The translations under genes and the position numbers were made by a program. 64,000 bases of DNA, taken from contig JAWLHK010000018.1 in the NCBI GenBank assembly GCA_041690355.1, forward strand, positions 1-64,000, read 5' to 3'. Positions 10,132-21,838 of the stretch are shown here, piece by piece; the stretch's first letter is position 1; every line of letters begins with the position of its first letter. This DNA comes from a bacterium. GTDB lineage: Bacteria; J088; JAWLBW01. Below the pieces are notes generated by a model. The model saw only the letters and a list, made by a program, of their open reading frames with translations, made no database searches and was not told where the DNA came from.

Positions 10132-11103
10132 ATGGCGTCACCGATTTTGGCCTCCCTCGACCTGGGGACCAACACCTTTCGCCTCCTGATTGCCGCCGCG
10201 GCACCCGACAACCCGGGAGGCATCCGCGTGCTGCACCACGAGCGCGTGATTACGCGCGCCGGCGGGGGCTATTCGCCCGAGAACGGCATCGGGGCCGCCG
10301 CCTGCGAGCGGATTGTCGACACCCTGCGCGGCTTCGCCGGCACCATGGACCGCTTCGGCGTCTCGCGCTACCGGGCGACGGCCACCAGCGTGTTTCGCAA
10401 GGCGACGAACCGGCAGACGATTCTTGCCGACATCGAACGGGAGACAGGGCTGCGGGTCGACGTCATCGACGGCGACGAAGAGGCCCGCCTGTCGGCTTTC
10501 GGCGCCATGGCCGGGCTGTCGGTCGAGGGGCCCGTCGTTATCTTCGATATCGGCGGCGGCTCGACCGAGTTCATCCTCTGGCGCGACGGAGGCCCCGAGC
10601 TCAACCGGAGCCTCGATTTCGGTGTCGTCCGGCTGAGCGAAGATGTGCTGCGCAGCGACCCGCTCTCGGAGGCCGAACTGGCCGAGGCGCGCCGGCAGAT
10701 CGGTCCGCTGATTGACGACATGGCCGCCGAGATCCGCGGCCGGCTCGGAGCTGCGCGGGCCACACTGGTGGGAACCGCCGGCACGGCGAGCACGCTCGGG
10801 GCCGTCGACCTGGGGCTTCCCGCCTACGATCGGGAGCGGATCCATGGCCACCGGCTCGGCCGCGACTTCGTGCGCGAGAGCTTCGAGCGCTTCACGGCGC
10901 TGCCGCGGGCGCGACGGGGGGCCGTGCCGGGAATGGAGCCGGGCCGCGAAGACATCATCGTGCCCGGCTGCCTGATTACACTTCTGACCCTTGACGCCTG
11001 CCAGGCCGCCGACATGCTGATCAGCGAGGGCGGGCTGCTCGAGGGAAATCTTTATCGGTTACTTCCGGCCGCTGCGGCCGGTTCTTTTTCTGCACGGAGT
11101 TGA
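10132..11103 (+). CDS. ppx: Ppx/GppA family exopolyphosphatase
   Basis: [18 protein letters not shown] and DIGGGSTE motifs. Confidence 0.92.
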   Translation: MASPILASLDLGTNTFRLLIAAAAPDNPGGIRVLHHERVITRAGGGYSPENGIGAAACERIVDTLRGFAGTMDRFGVSRYRATATSVFRKATNRQTILADIERETGLRVDVIDGDEEARLSAFGAMAGLSVEGPVVIFDIGGGSTEFILWRDGGPELNRSLDFGVVRLSEDVLRSDPLSEAELAEARRQIGPLIDDMAAEIRGRLGAARATLVGTAGTASTLGAVDLGLPAYDRERIHGHRLGRDFVRESFERFTALPRARRGAVPGMEPGREDIIVPGCLITLLTLDACQAADMLISEGGLLEGNLYRLLPAAAAGSFSARS

Positions 11104-12579
<1,476 letters not shown>

Positions 12580-12660
12580 GCGGTTCCCTCCGCCGGCGAA
12601 GCGCGGTAGGATGGAGACAGGGCGGCGTTCGGTATCCGAGGCGCTACCCCGCCGGCGTCC

Positions 12661-12697
12661 TTGACAATCTGGCTCAAATTGACTAAAACGTAGTCAA
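12661..12697 (+). promoter_or_regulatory. Promoter with overlapping palindromic operator
   Basis: TTGACA-17 nt-TAAAAC; TTGACTA-N5-TAGTCAA at 12679-12697. Confidence 0.55.
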
Positions 12698-12701
12698 CCT
12701 T

Positions 12702-13400
12702 ATGAGTGTATCCGTCGAGAGTCACGAGCTTCTGCGCAAGATCTCCATCTTCAGCGACCTGAAGGGGCCGGATCTCGAGCGCCTGGCTTCGCTTCTGCAG
12801 GAAGTGGCCTTCGAAAAGGATTCCGTCATCCTGCACAAGGAAGATCCGGGCGACAGCCTCTTTCTCATCAAAGACGGGCGGGTCAAGGTCGTGCTCTACG
12901 GCGACGACGGCCGCGAGGTCATCCTCAGCATCCTCAAGAGCGCCGATTTCTTCGGCGAGATGAGCCTGCTCGACGGAGAGCCGCGTTCGGCCTCGGTCGT
13001 CGCGACGGAACCCAGCGTCGTCTATATCCTCAAGCGCGACGATTTTCTTCAGACCCTGGTCGAGCGCCCCGAAATGGGGCTGCGCATCATGGCCGAACTC
13101 AGCCGGCGGCTGCGGCTCGCCGACGAGAAGATCGGCAGTCTGGCTCTGCTCGACGTCTACGGGCGCATTGCCGGCGCACTGCTGCAGCTGGCGCGCACCG
13201 AGGGCAAGCTGCAGGGTGAAAACATTGTCATCGATGTCCGGCCCACGCAGCAGGACATCGCTTCGATGGCGGGCGCAAGCCGCGAGACCGTGTCGCGGGT
13301 GCTCAACGACCTGGTCCGCGCGGGGCTGATTACGATGGAGGGGAAGCGGATCGTCATCAACCGCGACCTTCACACCTTGCGCGAGGTCAATGGGGGGTAG
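12702..13400 (+). CDS. Crp/Fnr family transcriptional regulator
   Basis: FFGEMSLL..PRSA cNMP pocket; TQQDIASMAGASRETVSR HTH. Confidence 0.95.
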   Translation: MSVSVESHELLRKISIFSDLKGPDLERLASLLQEVAFEKDSVILHKEDPGDSLFLIKDGRVKVVLYGDDGREVILSILKSADFFGEMSLLDGEPRSASVVATEPSVVYILKRDDFLQTLVERPEMGLRIMAELSRRLRLADEKIGSLALLDVYGRIAGALLQLARTEGKLQGENIVIDVRPTQQDIASMAGASRETVSRVLNDLVRAGLITMEGKRIVINRDLHTLREVNGG

Positions 13401-13424
13401 TCGGCGCTCGGGCGCCGGTTGATT

Positions 13425-13453
13425 TTGACACCTTTCCGCGCTCTCGTTATACT
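13425..13453 (+). promoter_or_regulatory. Sigma70-type promoter
   Basis: TTGACA-17 nt-TATACT. Confidence 0.65.
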
Positions 13454-13495
13454 ATAGAGCTTGCGTCCGGGAACACTGGTGGTCGGGGGTTGGCG

Positions 13496-13798
13496 ATGCT
13501 GGATGGTTTCAGGGTTACGGGCGTGAAGATCCAGGTAGTCGATAAGGGTCGGCTCAAGGCGTTTGCGACCTTGACGATCAACGACTGCTTCGTTGTCCGG
13601 GACATCCGGATCATTGACGGCAACGGCGGGCTCTTCGTGGCCATGCCGAGCCGGAAGCGGTCCGATGGAACCTACCGCGACGTGGCGCATCCGCTCAACA
13701 CGGAGTGTCGCGATTACCTGGAGCGCTGCGTGCTCGAGGCGTTTTCGCTAGAGAGCACGGGGGGTGGGGGCGCCTCGATGGAGGAAGTCCGTACCTGA
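13496..13798 (+). CDS. spoVG: SpoVG family nucleic-acid-binding protein
   Basis: LKAFA, GLFVAMPSRK and YRDVAHP motifs. Confidence 0.92.
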   Translation: MLDGFRVTGVKIQVVDKGRLKAFATLTINDCFVVRDIRIIDGNGGLFVAMPSRKRSDGTYRDVAHPLNTECRDYLERCVLEAFSLESTGGGGASMEEVRT

Positions 13799-13862
13799 GT
13801 CCGGTTGCCGGCTTACGGGCAGGCAGGCCGCCACGGGCGGTCTTTTGTTTTTTTTGACGCAT

Positions 13863-13937
13863 TGGGGCGTCGCCAAATGGCAAGGCACCGGTTTTTGGTA
13901 CCGGCATCTCCAGGTTCGAGTCCTGGCGCCCCAACCA
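13863..13937 (+). tRNA. tRNA-Gln (TTG)
   Basis: Acceptor stem tggggcg/cgcccca; anticodon arm ccggt-ttTTGgt-accgg; GTTCGAG T-loop; encoded CCA. Confidence 0.97.
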
Positions 13938-13974
13938 TACACCGGCGACATGAATCAGACGCGGTAGTTTTGCA

Positions 13975-14916
13975 ATGAATCCGGGACCCTTGCTCTTTTC
14001 GGGGAATTCGAATCCCCGCCTCGCAGAAGCCATCAGCCGCTACATGGGCATCCCCCTCGGCGGGATGACCGCCAAGCGCTTTTCCGACGGCGAAATCTTC
14101 GTCGAAATCGGCGAGAACGTGCGCGGGCGCGACTGCTTCATCATCCAGAGCTCCTGCGAACCGGTCAACGCGAACATCATGGAACTGCTGATCATGATCG
14201 ACGCGTTCAAGCGTGCCTCGGCCCGCCGCATCACGGCCGTCATTCCCTATTACGGTTATGCCCGCCAGGATCGTAAGAGCGGCCCGCGCACGCCCATCAC
14301 CGCCAAGCTGGTCGCAAACCTGCTGCAGGCGGCCGGCGCCCAGCGCGTGCTGACGATGGACCTGCACGCCGGCCAGATTCAGGGCTTTTTCGACATCCCC
14401 GTCGACAACCTCTATGCCCTGCCGGTCATCATCAAGCACCTGCGCCCGGTGACGAACGAAGACACGATCATCGTGTCGCCCGACGCCGGGGGCACCGAGC
14501 GCGCGCGCGCCTACGCCAAGCGTCTGGATACGAACCTGGCCATCATCGACAAGCGCCGCCCCAGCGCCAACGTGGCCGAGGTCATGAACCTGATCGGCGA
14601 CGTTTCGGGCAAGCGCGCCATCATCGTCGACGACATGGTCGACACGGCCGGTACGCTCACCAAGGGGGTCGAGGCCCTGCTCGAGCACGGCGCCACCTCG
14701 GTCATCGCCTGCGCCACGCACGGCGTGCTTTCGGGGCCGGCCATCAAGCGCATTGAAGAATCGCCCATCGAGTCGCTCGTCGTGACCGACTCGATTCCGC
14801 TCAAGCCTGAAGCGCAGGCTTGCAGCAAGATCAAGGTCTTGTCCGTGGCTGAGCTGCTTGGCGAAGCCATCAAACGAATCAGTGAGGAAGCAAGCGTCAG
14901 CTCCCTTTTCATCTGA
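13975..14916 (+). CDS. prs: Ribose-phosphate pyrophosphokinase
   Basis: [16 protein letters not shown] and [10 protein letters not shown] motifs. Confidence 0.98.
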   Translation: MNPGPLLFSGNSNPRLAEAISRYMGIPLGGMTAKRFSDGEIFVEIGENVRGRDCFIIQSSCEPVNANIMELLIMIDAFKRASARRITAVIPYYGYARQDRKSGPRTPITAKLVANLLQAAGAQRVLTMDLHAGQIQGFFDIPVDNLYALPVIIKHLRPVTNEDTIIVSPDAGGTERARAYAKRLDTNLAIIDKRRPSANVAEVMNLIGDVSGKRAIIVDDMVDTAGTLTKGVEALLEHGATSVIACATHGVLSGPAIKRIEESPIESLVVTDSIPLKPEAQACSKIKVLSVAELLGEAIKRISEEASVSSLFI

Positions 14917-14948
14917 CGACTTGCCGCAAACAGAGAGGAATCGGATTT

Positions 14949-15578
14949 ATGGAACGCGTCAGTCTTACAGTGGATCTCCGCAAGGATCTCGGCAGCCGTT
15001 CGGCGCGCCGCTCGCGCCGTGAAGGCAAGCTGCCCGGCGTGCTTTACGGGCACGGCAGCGAAGGGGTGGCCATCGAGGTCAACCTGCGCGAGCTGCGCCG
15101 TCTCGTGGGCGGCAAGCTGGCCCACACGGTCATTCTCGAGCTCAAGGGCCCCAAGGAAGTCGAAGGCAAGACCGCCCTCGTGAAGGAGGTCCAGCGCGAC
15201 CCGGTCACCGATGCGCCGATCCACGCCGACTTCATCGAGCTCGTCGCCGGCCAGAAGCTGCACGTGACCGTCCCCATCCACGTGGTGGGTAAGGCGGCCG
15301 GTATCGTGCACGGCGGCATCGTCGAGCAGACGCTGCGCGAGCTGCCTATCGAAGTGCTGCCGAAGGACATCCCGAGCGCCCTGGAAATCGACATCAGCGA
15401 GCTCAACATCGGGCAGTCGATTCACGTCAAGCAGATGAAGCTTCCCGAAGGCGTGCGATCGATGATCGACACCGAAACGTCGGTCGTGGCTGTCGTGGCC
15501 CCGCGGGCCGAAGCCGCCGCGACGCCGGCCGCCGAAGGTGCCGCTGCCGCCGGCGCCAAGCCCGAAGGCCAGAGCTGA
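14949..15578 (+). CDS. rplY: 50S ribosomal protein L25/Ctc
   Basis: PGVLYG, KEVQRDPV and HADF motifs; position between prs and pth. Confidence 0.96.
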   Translation: MERVSLTVDLRKDLGSRSARRSRREGKLPGVLYGHGSEGVAIEVNLRELRRLVGGKLAHTVILELKGPKEVEGKTALVKEVQRDPVTDAPIHADFIELVAGQKLHVTVPIHVVGKAAGIVHGGIVEQTLRELPIEVLPKDIPSALEIDISELNIGQSIHVKQMKLPEGVRSMIDTETSVVAVVAPRAEAAATPAAEGAAAAGAKPEGQS

Positions 15579-15601
15579 GCCGGCGCTCGATCTGAAGCGT
15601 C

Positions 15602-16168
15602 GTGAAGCTCGTCGTCGGACTCGGCAACCCGGGGTCGCAGTACGTGCGCACCCGGCACAACATCGGCTTCCGCGCCGTCGAACGCATCGCCGAACGGGCC
15701 GGTGCGTCCTTCAACCGCCGGCAGTTCGAAGCCGAGGCTGCCGAGTTGCAACTCGCGGGTGAGCGCGTTCTCCTGCTCAAACCGCAGACGTTCATGAATC
15801 TGAGCGGCCGGTCCGTCGGACCGGCCGCCTCCTTTTTTAAGATCCCCCCCGCCGACGTACTGGTTATCCATGACGAGGTCGACCTGCCCCCCGGCGCCGC
15901 GCGCTTCAAGCGGGGCGGGGGCTCGGCCGGCCACAACGGACTGAAGAGCGTCACGGCCGCCATCGGTGCCGACTTCGTGCGCCTGCGCCTCGGCGTGGGC
16001 AAGGCGCCGCACGGCGGCGACACGGCCGCGTGGGTGCTCGGGGCGTTCTCCCGCGACGAGGAGCCGGGGGTCGAGCTGCAGCTCGATTTGGCCGAAGCGG
16101 CCGTCGGACAGTGGGTCGCCCACGGTATCGAACCGGCGATGAACGACCTCCACCGCCGTCAGAAGTAA
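15602..16168 (+). CDS. pth: Peptidyl-tRNA hydrolase
   Basis: VGLGNPG, TRHNIGF, KPQTFMNLSG and GHNGLKS motifs. Confidence 0.97.
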   Translation: MKLVVGLGNPGSQYVRTRHNIGFRAVERIAERAGASFNRRQFEAEAAELQLAGERVLLLKPQTFMNLSGRSVGPAASFFKIPPADVLVIHDEVDLPPGAARFKRGGGSAGHNGLKSVTAAIGADFVRLRLGVGKAPHGGDTAAWVLGAFSRDEEPGVELQLDLAEAAVGQWVAHGIEPAMNDLHRRQK

Positions 16169-16224
16169 CCCGGCCGGTCTGCGGACCGGTTTTCGCGGAA
16201 CCTGTTTTTCAGGAGTCTTTGTCC

Positions 16225-17322
16225 ATGGCTCTCAACATCGGTATCGTCGGCCTGCCCAACGTCGGCAAATCGACCATCTTCAACGCCCTGACGTCGGCCG
16301 GCGCCCTCGCGGCCAACTACCCGTTTGCCACGGTGGAGCCGAATGTCGGCATCGTGAACGTTCCCGACCCGCGCCTCGGCAAGCTGGCCGAAATCGTGAA
16401 GCCGCAGCGCATTCTGCCGGCCGCGATGGAGTTCGTCGACATCGCGGGACTCGTGAAGGGCGCGTCGAAGGGGGAGGGGCTCGGCAACCAGTTCCTGGGC
16501 AACATCCGCTCGGTGGAGGCGATCCTGCACGTCGTGCGCGCCTTTGAAGATCCCAACGTCGTGCACGTCGAAGGGGGCGTCAGCCCGAGCCGCGACATCG
16601 AGATCATCAACATCGAGCTCAACCTGGCCGACCTCGACACCGTCGAGAAGCGGATTCAGCGCACGGAGAAGCTCGCGCGATCGGGGAACAAGGAGGCGGT
16701 GGCCGAGATGGAGCTGTACAAGCGGCTCAAGGAGGCCTTGGACGCCGGTCTGCCCGCGCGCACGGTCGAAGCGCCCGAGGGGATGGAATCGGTTTTCCGC
16801 CAGCTGGGCTTGCTGACGGCGAAGCCGGTGCTCTACGTCGCCAACGTGAACGAAGACGATCTTTCGAATCCCGACGCCCCGTTGCGCAAGGAAGTCGCCG
16901 CCATCGCCGAACGCGACGGTGCGCAGGTGGTGGCCATCTGCGGCAAGATCGAAGCCGAAATTTCCGAGCTTCCCCCCGAAGAGCAGACTGACTTTCTCGC
17001 CACCCTCGGCATGGAGGAGAGCGGCCTGGACCGCGTCATCCGCGCATCCTATTCGCTGCTCGGGCTCATCTCGTACTTCACGGCCGGCGTGCAGGAAGTG
17101 CGCGCGTGGACGATTACGCGCGGCACGAAGGCCCCCGGGGCGGCCGGTGTCATCCACACCGATTTCGAGAAGGGCTTCATCCGCGCCGAGGTCATCGCCT
17201 ATGAGGATTTCGTGGCCGACGGCGGCGAAGCGGGCGCGAAGACCAAGGGGCACCTGCGCCTCGAAGGCAAGGAGTATGTCGTGCAGGACGGCGACGTCAT
17301 GCACTTCCGCTTCAATGTGTGA
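16225..17322 (+). CDS. ychF: Redox-regulated ATPase YchF
   Basis: GLPNVGKST, DIAGLVKGAS and C-terminal FRFNV. Confidence 0.97.
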   Translation: MALNIGIVGLPNVGKSTIFNALTSAGALAANYPFATVEPNVGIVNVPDPRLGKLAEIVKPQRILPAAMEFVDIAGLVKGASKGEGLGNQFLGNIRSVEAILHVVRAFEDPNVVHVEGGVSPSRDIEIINIELNLADLDTVEKRIQRTEKLARSGNKEAVAEMELYKRLKEALDAGLPARTVEAPEGMESVFRQLGLLTAKPVLYVANVNEDDLSNPDAPLRKEVAAIAERDGAQVVAICGKIEAEISELPPEEQTDFLATLGMEESGLDRVIRASYSLLGLISYFTAGVQEVRAWTITRGTKAPGAAGVIHTDFEKGFIRAEVIAYEDFVADGGEAGAKTKGHLRLEGKEYVVQDGDVMHFRFNV

Positions 17323-17380
17323 ACCTGGTCTTGGGTCTTCGAACGTCAGGGGGTGCGACTGCCCGACTCGGCACTTGGCC

Positions 17381-17433
17381 CCTCGACTCTCGAGTCCCGA
17401 CTCCTGACTCCTGACCCTCGACTCCCGACTCCC
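17381..17433. repeat. Heptamer tandem repeat (gactccy)
   Basis: cgactctcgagtcccgactcctgactcctgaccctcgactcccgactccc. Confidence 0.7.
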
Positions 17434-17514
17434 TCCCTTGCTACACTGACGGTTTTCTGCCGAGCTCCGGCCGGCGCCCATCGCCGGCCCTCAGTGATTA
17501 CCGGATAGACAACC

Positions 17515-18309
17515 GTGTTCCGCTTCAGCATCCTGGGCAGCGGCAGCAAGGGAAACTCCCTGCTCGTCGAGTCGGCCCGTACGCGCATCCTGGTCGATTG
17601 CGGCTTCAGCCTCGTCGAGCTCGGACGCCGCCTCGCGGCCGTCGGCGCCGCGGGCCCCGAGACGCTTGACGCCGTCGTCGTCACGCACAGCCATGGCGAC
17701 CACGTGGGCGGCCTGGGGGTACTGACCCGCCGGCACGGTACGCCCATCTACGTCACGCCGGGGAGCCGCAAGTGGATTGAGAAACGCCTGCACGGACCCG
17801 TCGAGAGCTTTCTGCCGGGTTCCTCCTTCCGCGTCGGCGATCTGGATTTTCGCTCCTTCGCCCTCACGCACGACGCCCCCGACACGGTCGCCCTGCGCAT
17901 CGAAAACGCCGGGGTCGCCATGGCCATCTGCACGGATCTGGGGGAAGTGCGCGCCGACCTCGCCGGGGGGCTCGCGGGCTGCCACACGCTGCTCATGGAG
18001 AGCAACCACGACGAGGCCATGCTCTGGGACGGCCCCTATCCCATGCGGCTCAAGAAGCGCGTGGCCAGCCGCTATGGCCACTTGTCGAACGCGCAGAGCC
18101 ACGACCTGCTGCGCAGCGTGCTCCCTTCGGGGGTGAAGCGCGTGTTTCTCAGCCACCTCAGCGAAACCAACAATTCCCCGGAGAAGGCGATGGCGGCGAT
18201 GGAGCCGCTGCGCCGCGCGCATCCGCAGACCGAGTGGCGCATCTCGCCGCAGCGGGTGCCGACTCCGTTCATACCCCTGGCCGGCGCCGGCCAGCTGACC
18301 CTGTTCTAA
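17515..18309 (+). CDS. MBL-fold metallo-hydrolase (YycJ/WalJ-like)
   Basis: LGSGSKGN, THSHGDH, ESNHD, GHLSN and HLSETNN motifs. Confidence 0.92.
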   Translation: MFRFSILGSGSKGNSLLVESARTRILVDCGFSLVELGRRLAAVGAAGPETLDAVVVTHSHGDHVGGLGVLTRRHGTPIYVTPGSRKWIEKRLHGPVESFLPGSSFRVGDLDFRSFALTHDAPDTVALRIENAGVAMAICTDLGEVRADLAGGLAGCHTLLMESNHDEAMLWDGPYPMRLKKRVASRYGHLSNAQSHDLLRSVLPSGVKRVFLSHLSETNNSPEKAMAAMEPLRRAHPQTEWRISPQRVPTPFIPLAGAGQLTLF

Positions 18310-18364
18310 ACTTCCAGCGACGGCGCCCGGCCGCCGCACGCCCGATTCGTGAAGGAGATTCACC

Positions 18365-19681
18365 GTGATTGCCCGCTACAGCCGCCCCGAAATGACCCGC
18401 ATCTGGACCGAACACAACAAATTCGCCATCTGGCTGCAGATCGAAGTGGCGGCGGCCGAGGCGATGGCCGAGCGGGGCCTCGTGCCCGCAGATGCCATCC
18501 GCGAGATCAAGGAGAAGACCGCGGCCCTGGTCATCGATGACGCCTTCGTCGCCCGCGCCCTCGAAATCGAAGCCACGGTCAAGCACGACGTGATCGCCTT
18601 TCTCACGACCGTGAACGAACACATCGGCCCGGTCGGTCGCTTCCTGCATCTCGGGCTCACCTCGTCGGACGTGCTCGATACCTGCCTCGCCGTGCAGCTG
18701 ACGCAGGCCTCCGATATCCTCCTCGCCGACCTGCAGGCCGTGCTGGATGCGATTCGCAAGCGCGCCGAAGAGCACAAGTTCACGCCCATGATGGGCCGTT
18801 CGCACGGGATTCACGCCGAGCCGATCACGTTCGGCCTCAAGCTGGCGAGCTGGTATGCAGAGATGGACCGCAGCCTGGCCCGCATGCGCGCCGCGCGTGA
18901 GGAAATCGCCACGGGCGCGATCTCGGGCGCCGTCGGCACCTTCGCGAACGTCGATCCGGCCGTTGAGGAGTTCGTCTGCCAGCGGCTCGGCCTGCGTCCC
19001 GAGCCGGTGAGCACGCAGGTGATTCCCCGCGACCGCCATGCCGCCTACTTCGCGGCTCTCGGCGTCATCGGGAGTTCCATGGAGCGCATCGCGGTCGAAA
19101 TCCGCCACCTGCAGCGCACCGAGGTGCTCGAAGCCGAAGAATACTTCTCGCCCGGCCAGAAAGGCTCGTCGGCCATGCCGCACAAGCGCAATCCCGTGCT
19201 GACCGAGAACATCACGGGGCTCGCCCGCCTGCTGCGCGGTTATGCCGTGCCCGCCATGGAAAACGTGGCTCTCTGGCATGAGCGCGACATCAGCCATTCG
19301 TCGGTGGAACGCATGATCGGCCCCGACGCCACCGTGACGCTGAACTTCGCCCTGCGCCGCCTCGAAGGCGTGATTGCGAAGCTGGTCGTCTATCCGAAGA
19401 ACATGGACACCAACCTGAACAAGCTGCGCGGCCTGATTCACTCGCAGCGGGTGCTGCTCGCGCTGGTCGAAAAGGGGATGACGCGCGAAGAGGCCTACGC
19501 GGCCGTACAGCGCAATGCCATGAAGGTCTGGGAGCACGGCGCCGATTTCCGCGCCGAGCTCGGCGGCGACGCCGAGGTCACCGCGAAACTCACGGCGACC
19601 GACCTCGACGGCCTGTTCGACATGGGCTATCACACGAAACACGTGGATACGATCTTCCGGCGGGTCTTCGGGGGCGCCTGA
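18365..19681 (+). CDS. purB: Adenylosuccinate lyase
   Basis: GSSAMPHKRNP signature. Confidence 0.98.
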   Translation: MIARYSRPEMTRIWTEHNKFAIWLQIEVAAAEAMAERGLVPADAIREIKEKTAALVIDDAFVARALEIEATVKHDVIAFLTTVNEHIGPVGRFLHLGLTSSDVLDTCLAVQLTQASDILLADLQAVLDAIRKRAEEHKFTPMMGRSHGIHAEPITFGLKLASWYAEMDRSLARMRAAREEIATGAISGAVGTFANVDPAVEEFVCQRLGLRPEPVSTQVIPRDRHAAYFAALGVIGSSMERIAVEIRHLQRTEVLEAEEYFSPGQKGSSAMPHKRNPVLTENITGLARLLRGYAVPAMENVALWHERDISHSSVERMIGPDATVTLNFALRRLEGVIAKLVVYPKNMDTNLNKLRGLIHSQRVLLALVEKGMTREEAYAAVQRNAMKVWEHGADFRAELGGDAEVTAKLTATDLDGLFDMGYHTKHVDTIFRRVFGGA

Positions 19682-19716
19682 CCGCCTCCGCGCCGCGTCG
19701 CGGGAATTCCATTCCC

Positions 19717-19896
19717 CCACGTTTCACCCCTGGGGCCGTGATGGAAACGTGCATGCGTATCCACGTTTTCCCGGGGCCGTGATGGGAACACGCATGGTGC
19801 CCACGTTCCCCGGGGCCCGATGGGAATTCGTATGGTGCCCACGTTTCCCCGGGGCCCGATGGGAATTCGCATGGTGCCCACGTTTCCCCGGGGCCC
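19717..19896. repeat. ~38-44 bp tandem repeat, 4.5 units
   Basis: Consensus ccacgtttccccggggcccgatgggaattcgcatggtgc; units at 19717, 19761, 19801, 19839, 19878. Confidence 0.9.
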
Positions 19897-20175
19897 TGCC
19901 CCGGGCTGAAGGCCTGGCGGACCTTCAGCCCGCCACATGGGGCACGGCCCGATCCACGTGGAATCCTAACGGTTCAATCTTTCCGGGCATCCTGACTCCC
20001 GACTCATGACTGATGATTGGTGGCCCTCGACGCTCCACCCCCCGGGCGGCTTCGGGCGACATGACGCCACGGGTGGCGGGGTGCTACAATGTTCGTTTCA
20101 CACGACGCATGCCTGAAGCCGGTTCAGGAGCGTTTCTGAACCTCGAACGACAGCCAGCGTTGGCCGGAGTTTCCC

Positions 20176-20910
20176 ATGGCCTCACCCCGGCGGAAGGCGG
20201 CGACGCCCGTCCGCAAGAAGAAGATTTATGAAGGCAAGGCGAAGATCGTCTATACGACGAACGATCCGAACCTCGTCATCCAGCATTTCAAAGACGACGC
20301 CACCGCCTTCAACGCCCAGAAACGGGGTACGATCGGCGGCAAGGGTATCGTCAACAATCGAATGAGCACGACCTTGTTCGGCATGCTCGAGAAAAAGGGC
20401 GTGCCGACCCACCTGGTCGGCCTGCTCAGCGAGCGCGACATGCTCGTGAAGAAGCTCGACATCGTGAAGGTCGAAGTCGTCGTGCGCAACATTGCCGCCG
20501 GCAGCCTGGCGAAACGTCTCGGCGTCGCCGAGGGCACGCCGATGCCCAAGACGATTCTCGAGTTCTACTACAAGGACGACGCGCTCGGCGATCCGATGAT
20601 CAACGAGTATCATATCGCCGCACTCAAGCTGGCCACGCCCAAGGAAGTCGCGCGCATCAGCGAACTCGCGCTCAAGACGAACGCGGTACTGCGCCCCTGG
20701 TTCCTCAAACGGGGCATCCAGCTGGTCGACTTCAAGCTCGAGTTCGGCCGCCACAAGGGAAAGATTCTGCTGGGCGACGAAATCTCGCCCGATACCTGCC
20801 GCTTCTGGGACAAGAAGACCGGCGAGAAGCTCGACAAGGACCGCTTCCGCCGCGATCTGGGGAATGTTGAAGAGGCTTATCAGGAAATGCTCCGCCGGGT
20901 AGGTGCTTAA
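20176..20910 (+). CDS. purC: SAICAR synthase
   Basis: [15 protein letters not shown] and [12 protein letters not shown] motifs. Confidence 0.98.
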   Translation: MASPRRKAATPVRKKKIYEGKAKIVYTTNDPNLVIQHFKDDATAFNAQKRGTIGGKGIVNNRMSTTLFGMLEKKGVPTHLVGLLSERDMLVKKLDIVKVEVVVRNIAAGSLAKRLGVAEGTPMPKTILEFYYKDDALGDPMINEYHIAALKLATPKEVARISELALKTNAVLRPWFLKRGIQLVDFKLEFGRHKGKILLGDEISPDTCRFWDKKTGEKLDKDRFRRDLGNVEEAYQEMLRRVGA

Positions 20911-20912
20911 CC

Positions 20913-21152
20913 ATGCGTGTACGTGTCTTCGTGTCCCTCAAGCCGGGGGTCCTCGATCCCCAGGGCAAAGCCATTCACCATTCGCTCGAGACCCTCGGAT
21001 TCAACGAGGTGCGCGACGTGCGGGTCGGTCGTCTCATTACCCTCGACATGGCCGACGCCGACCGCGATCAGGCCGAGGCCCGCGTCAAGGACATGTGCGA
21101 GAAGCTGCTTGCCAACACGGTCATTGAATCCTATCGGTACGAATTCGAATGA
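20913..21152 (+). CDS. purS: FGAM synthase subunit PurS
   Basis: [10 protein letters not shown] and LLANTVIE motifs. Confidence 0.97.
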   Translation: MRVRVFVSLKPGVLDPQGKAIHHSLETLGFNEVRDVRVGRLITLDMADADRDQAEARVKDMCEKLLANTVIESYRYEFE

Positions 21153-21838
21153 GATTCGGCATCCTCGTTTTCCCCGGCTCCAACTGCGACGCAGACTGCT
21201 ACCACGCGGTCACCAGCCTCGGGCAGCCGGCGCGTTACATCTGGCATAAGGAGACCTCGCTCAAGGGGATCGACGCCGTCATCGTTCCCGGCGGGTTCTC
21301 CTTCGGCGACTATCTGCGCTGCGGCGCCATCGCCAAGCAGTCGCCGATCATGCAGGAGCTGGTGCGCTTCGCCGATGCGGGGCGTCCGGTGATCGGCATC
21401 TGCAACGGCTTTCAGATTCTCACCGAGGCGGGTCTGCTGCCCGGCGCGCTGATGGCGAACCGCTCGCTTCAGTTCGTCTGCAAGGATGTCAATCTGCGTG
21501 TCGCGAACACGCGTTCGCCCTTCACACAGCTCTACCGCAACGGCGAAGTCGTGCGCATGCCTGTCGCCCATCATGACGGCAACTACTTCGCCGACGATGA
21601 GACGCTGCGCGAGCTTGACGGCGAAGGGCAGATCGTCTTCCAGTACTGCGATACCGAAGGGCACGTCACCGAAGACGCCAACCCGAATGGTTCGGCGCGC
21701 AATATCGCAGGCGTCATCAACCGCTCCCGCAACGTGCTGGGCATGATGCCGCACCCCGAACGCATGGCCGAGCCGCTGCTCGGCGGCGTCGACGGCCGGC
21801 GGGTTTTCGAAGGCATTCTCTCCCAGGTGCGCGTATGA
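21149..21838 (+). CDS. purQ: FGAM synthase subunit PurQ
   Basis: FPGSNCD, GICNGFQ and MMPHPER motifs. Confidence 0.98.
   Translation: MRFGILVFPGSNCDADCYHAVTSLGQPARYIWHKETSLKGIDAVIVPGGFSFGDYLRCGAIAKQSPIMQELVRFADAGRPVIGICNGFQILTEAGLLPGALMANRSLQFVCKDVNLRVANTRSPFTQLYRNGEVVRMPVAHHDGNYFADDETLRELDGEGQIVFQYCDTEGHVTEDANPNGSARNIAGVINRSRNVLGMMPHPERMAEPLLGGVDGRRVFEGILSQVRV

Noticed and set aside
19717-19896. Mini CRISPR array
   Set aside because: Units are contiguous and the would-be spacers are copies of one another.
20013-20175. Purine or ZTP riboswitch upstream of purC
   Set aside because: A hairpin (ggttcagga/ttctgaacc) is present but I could not match the conserved aptamer cores.
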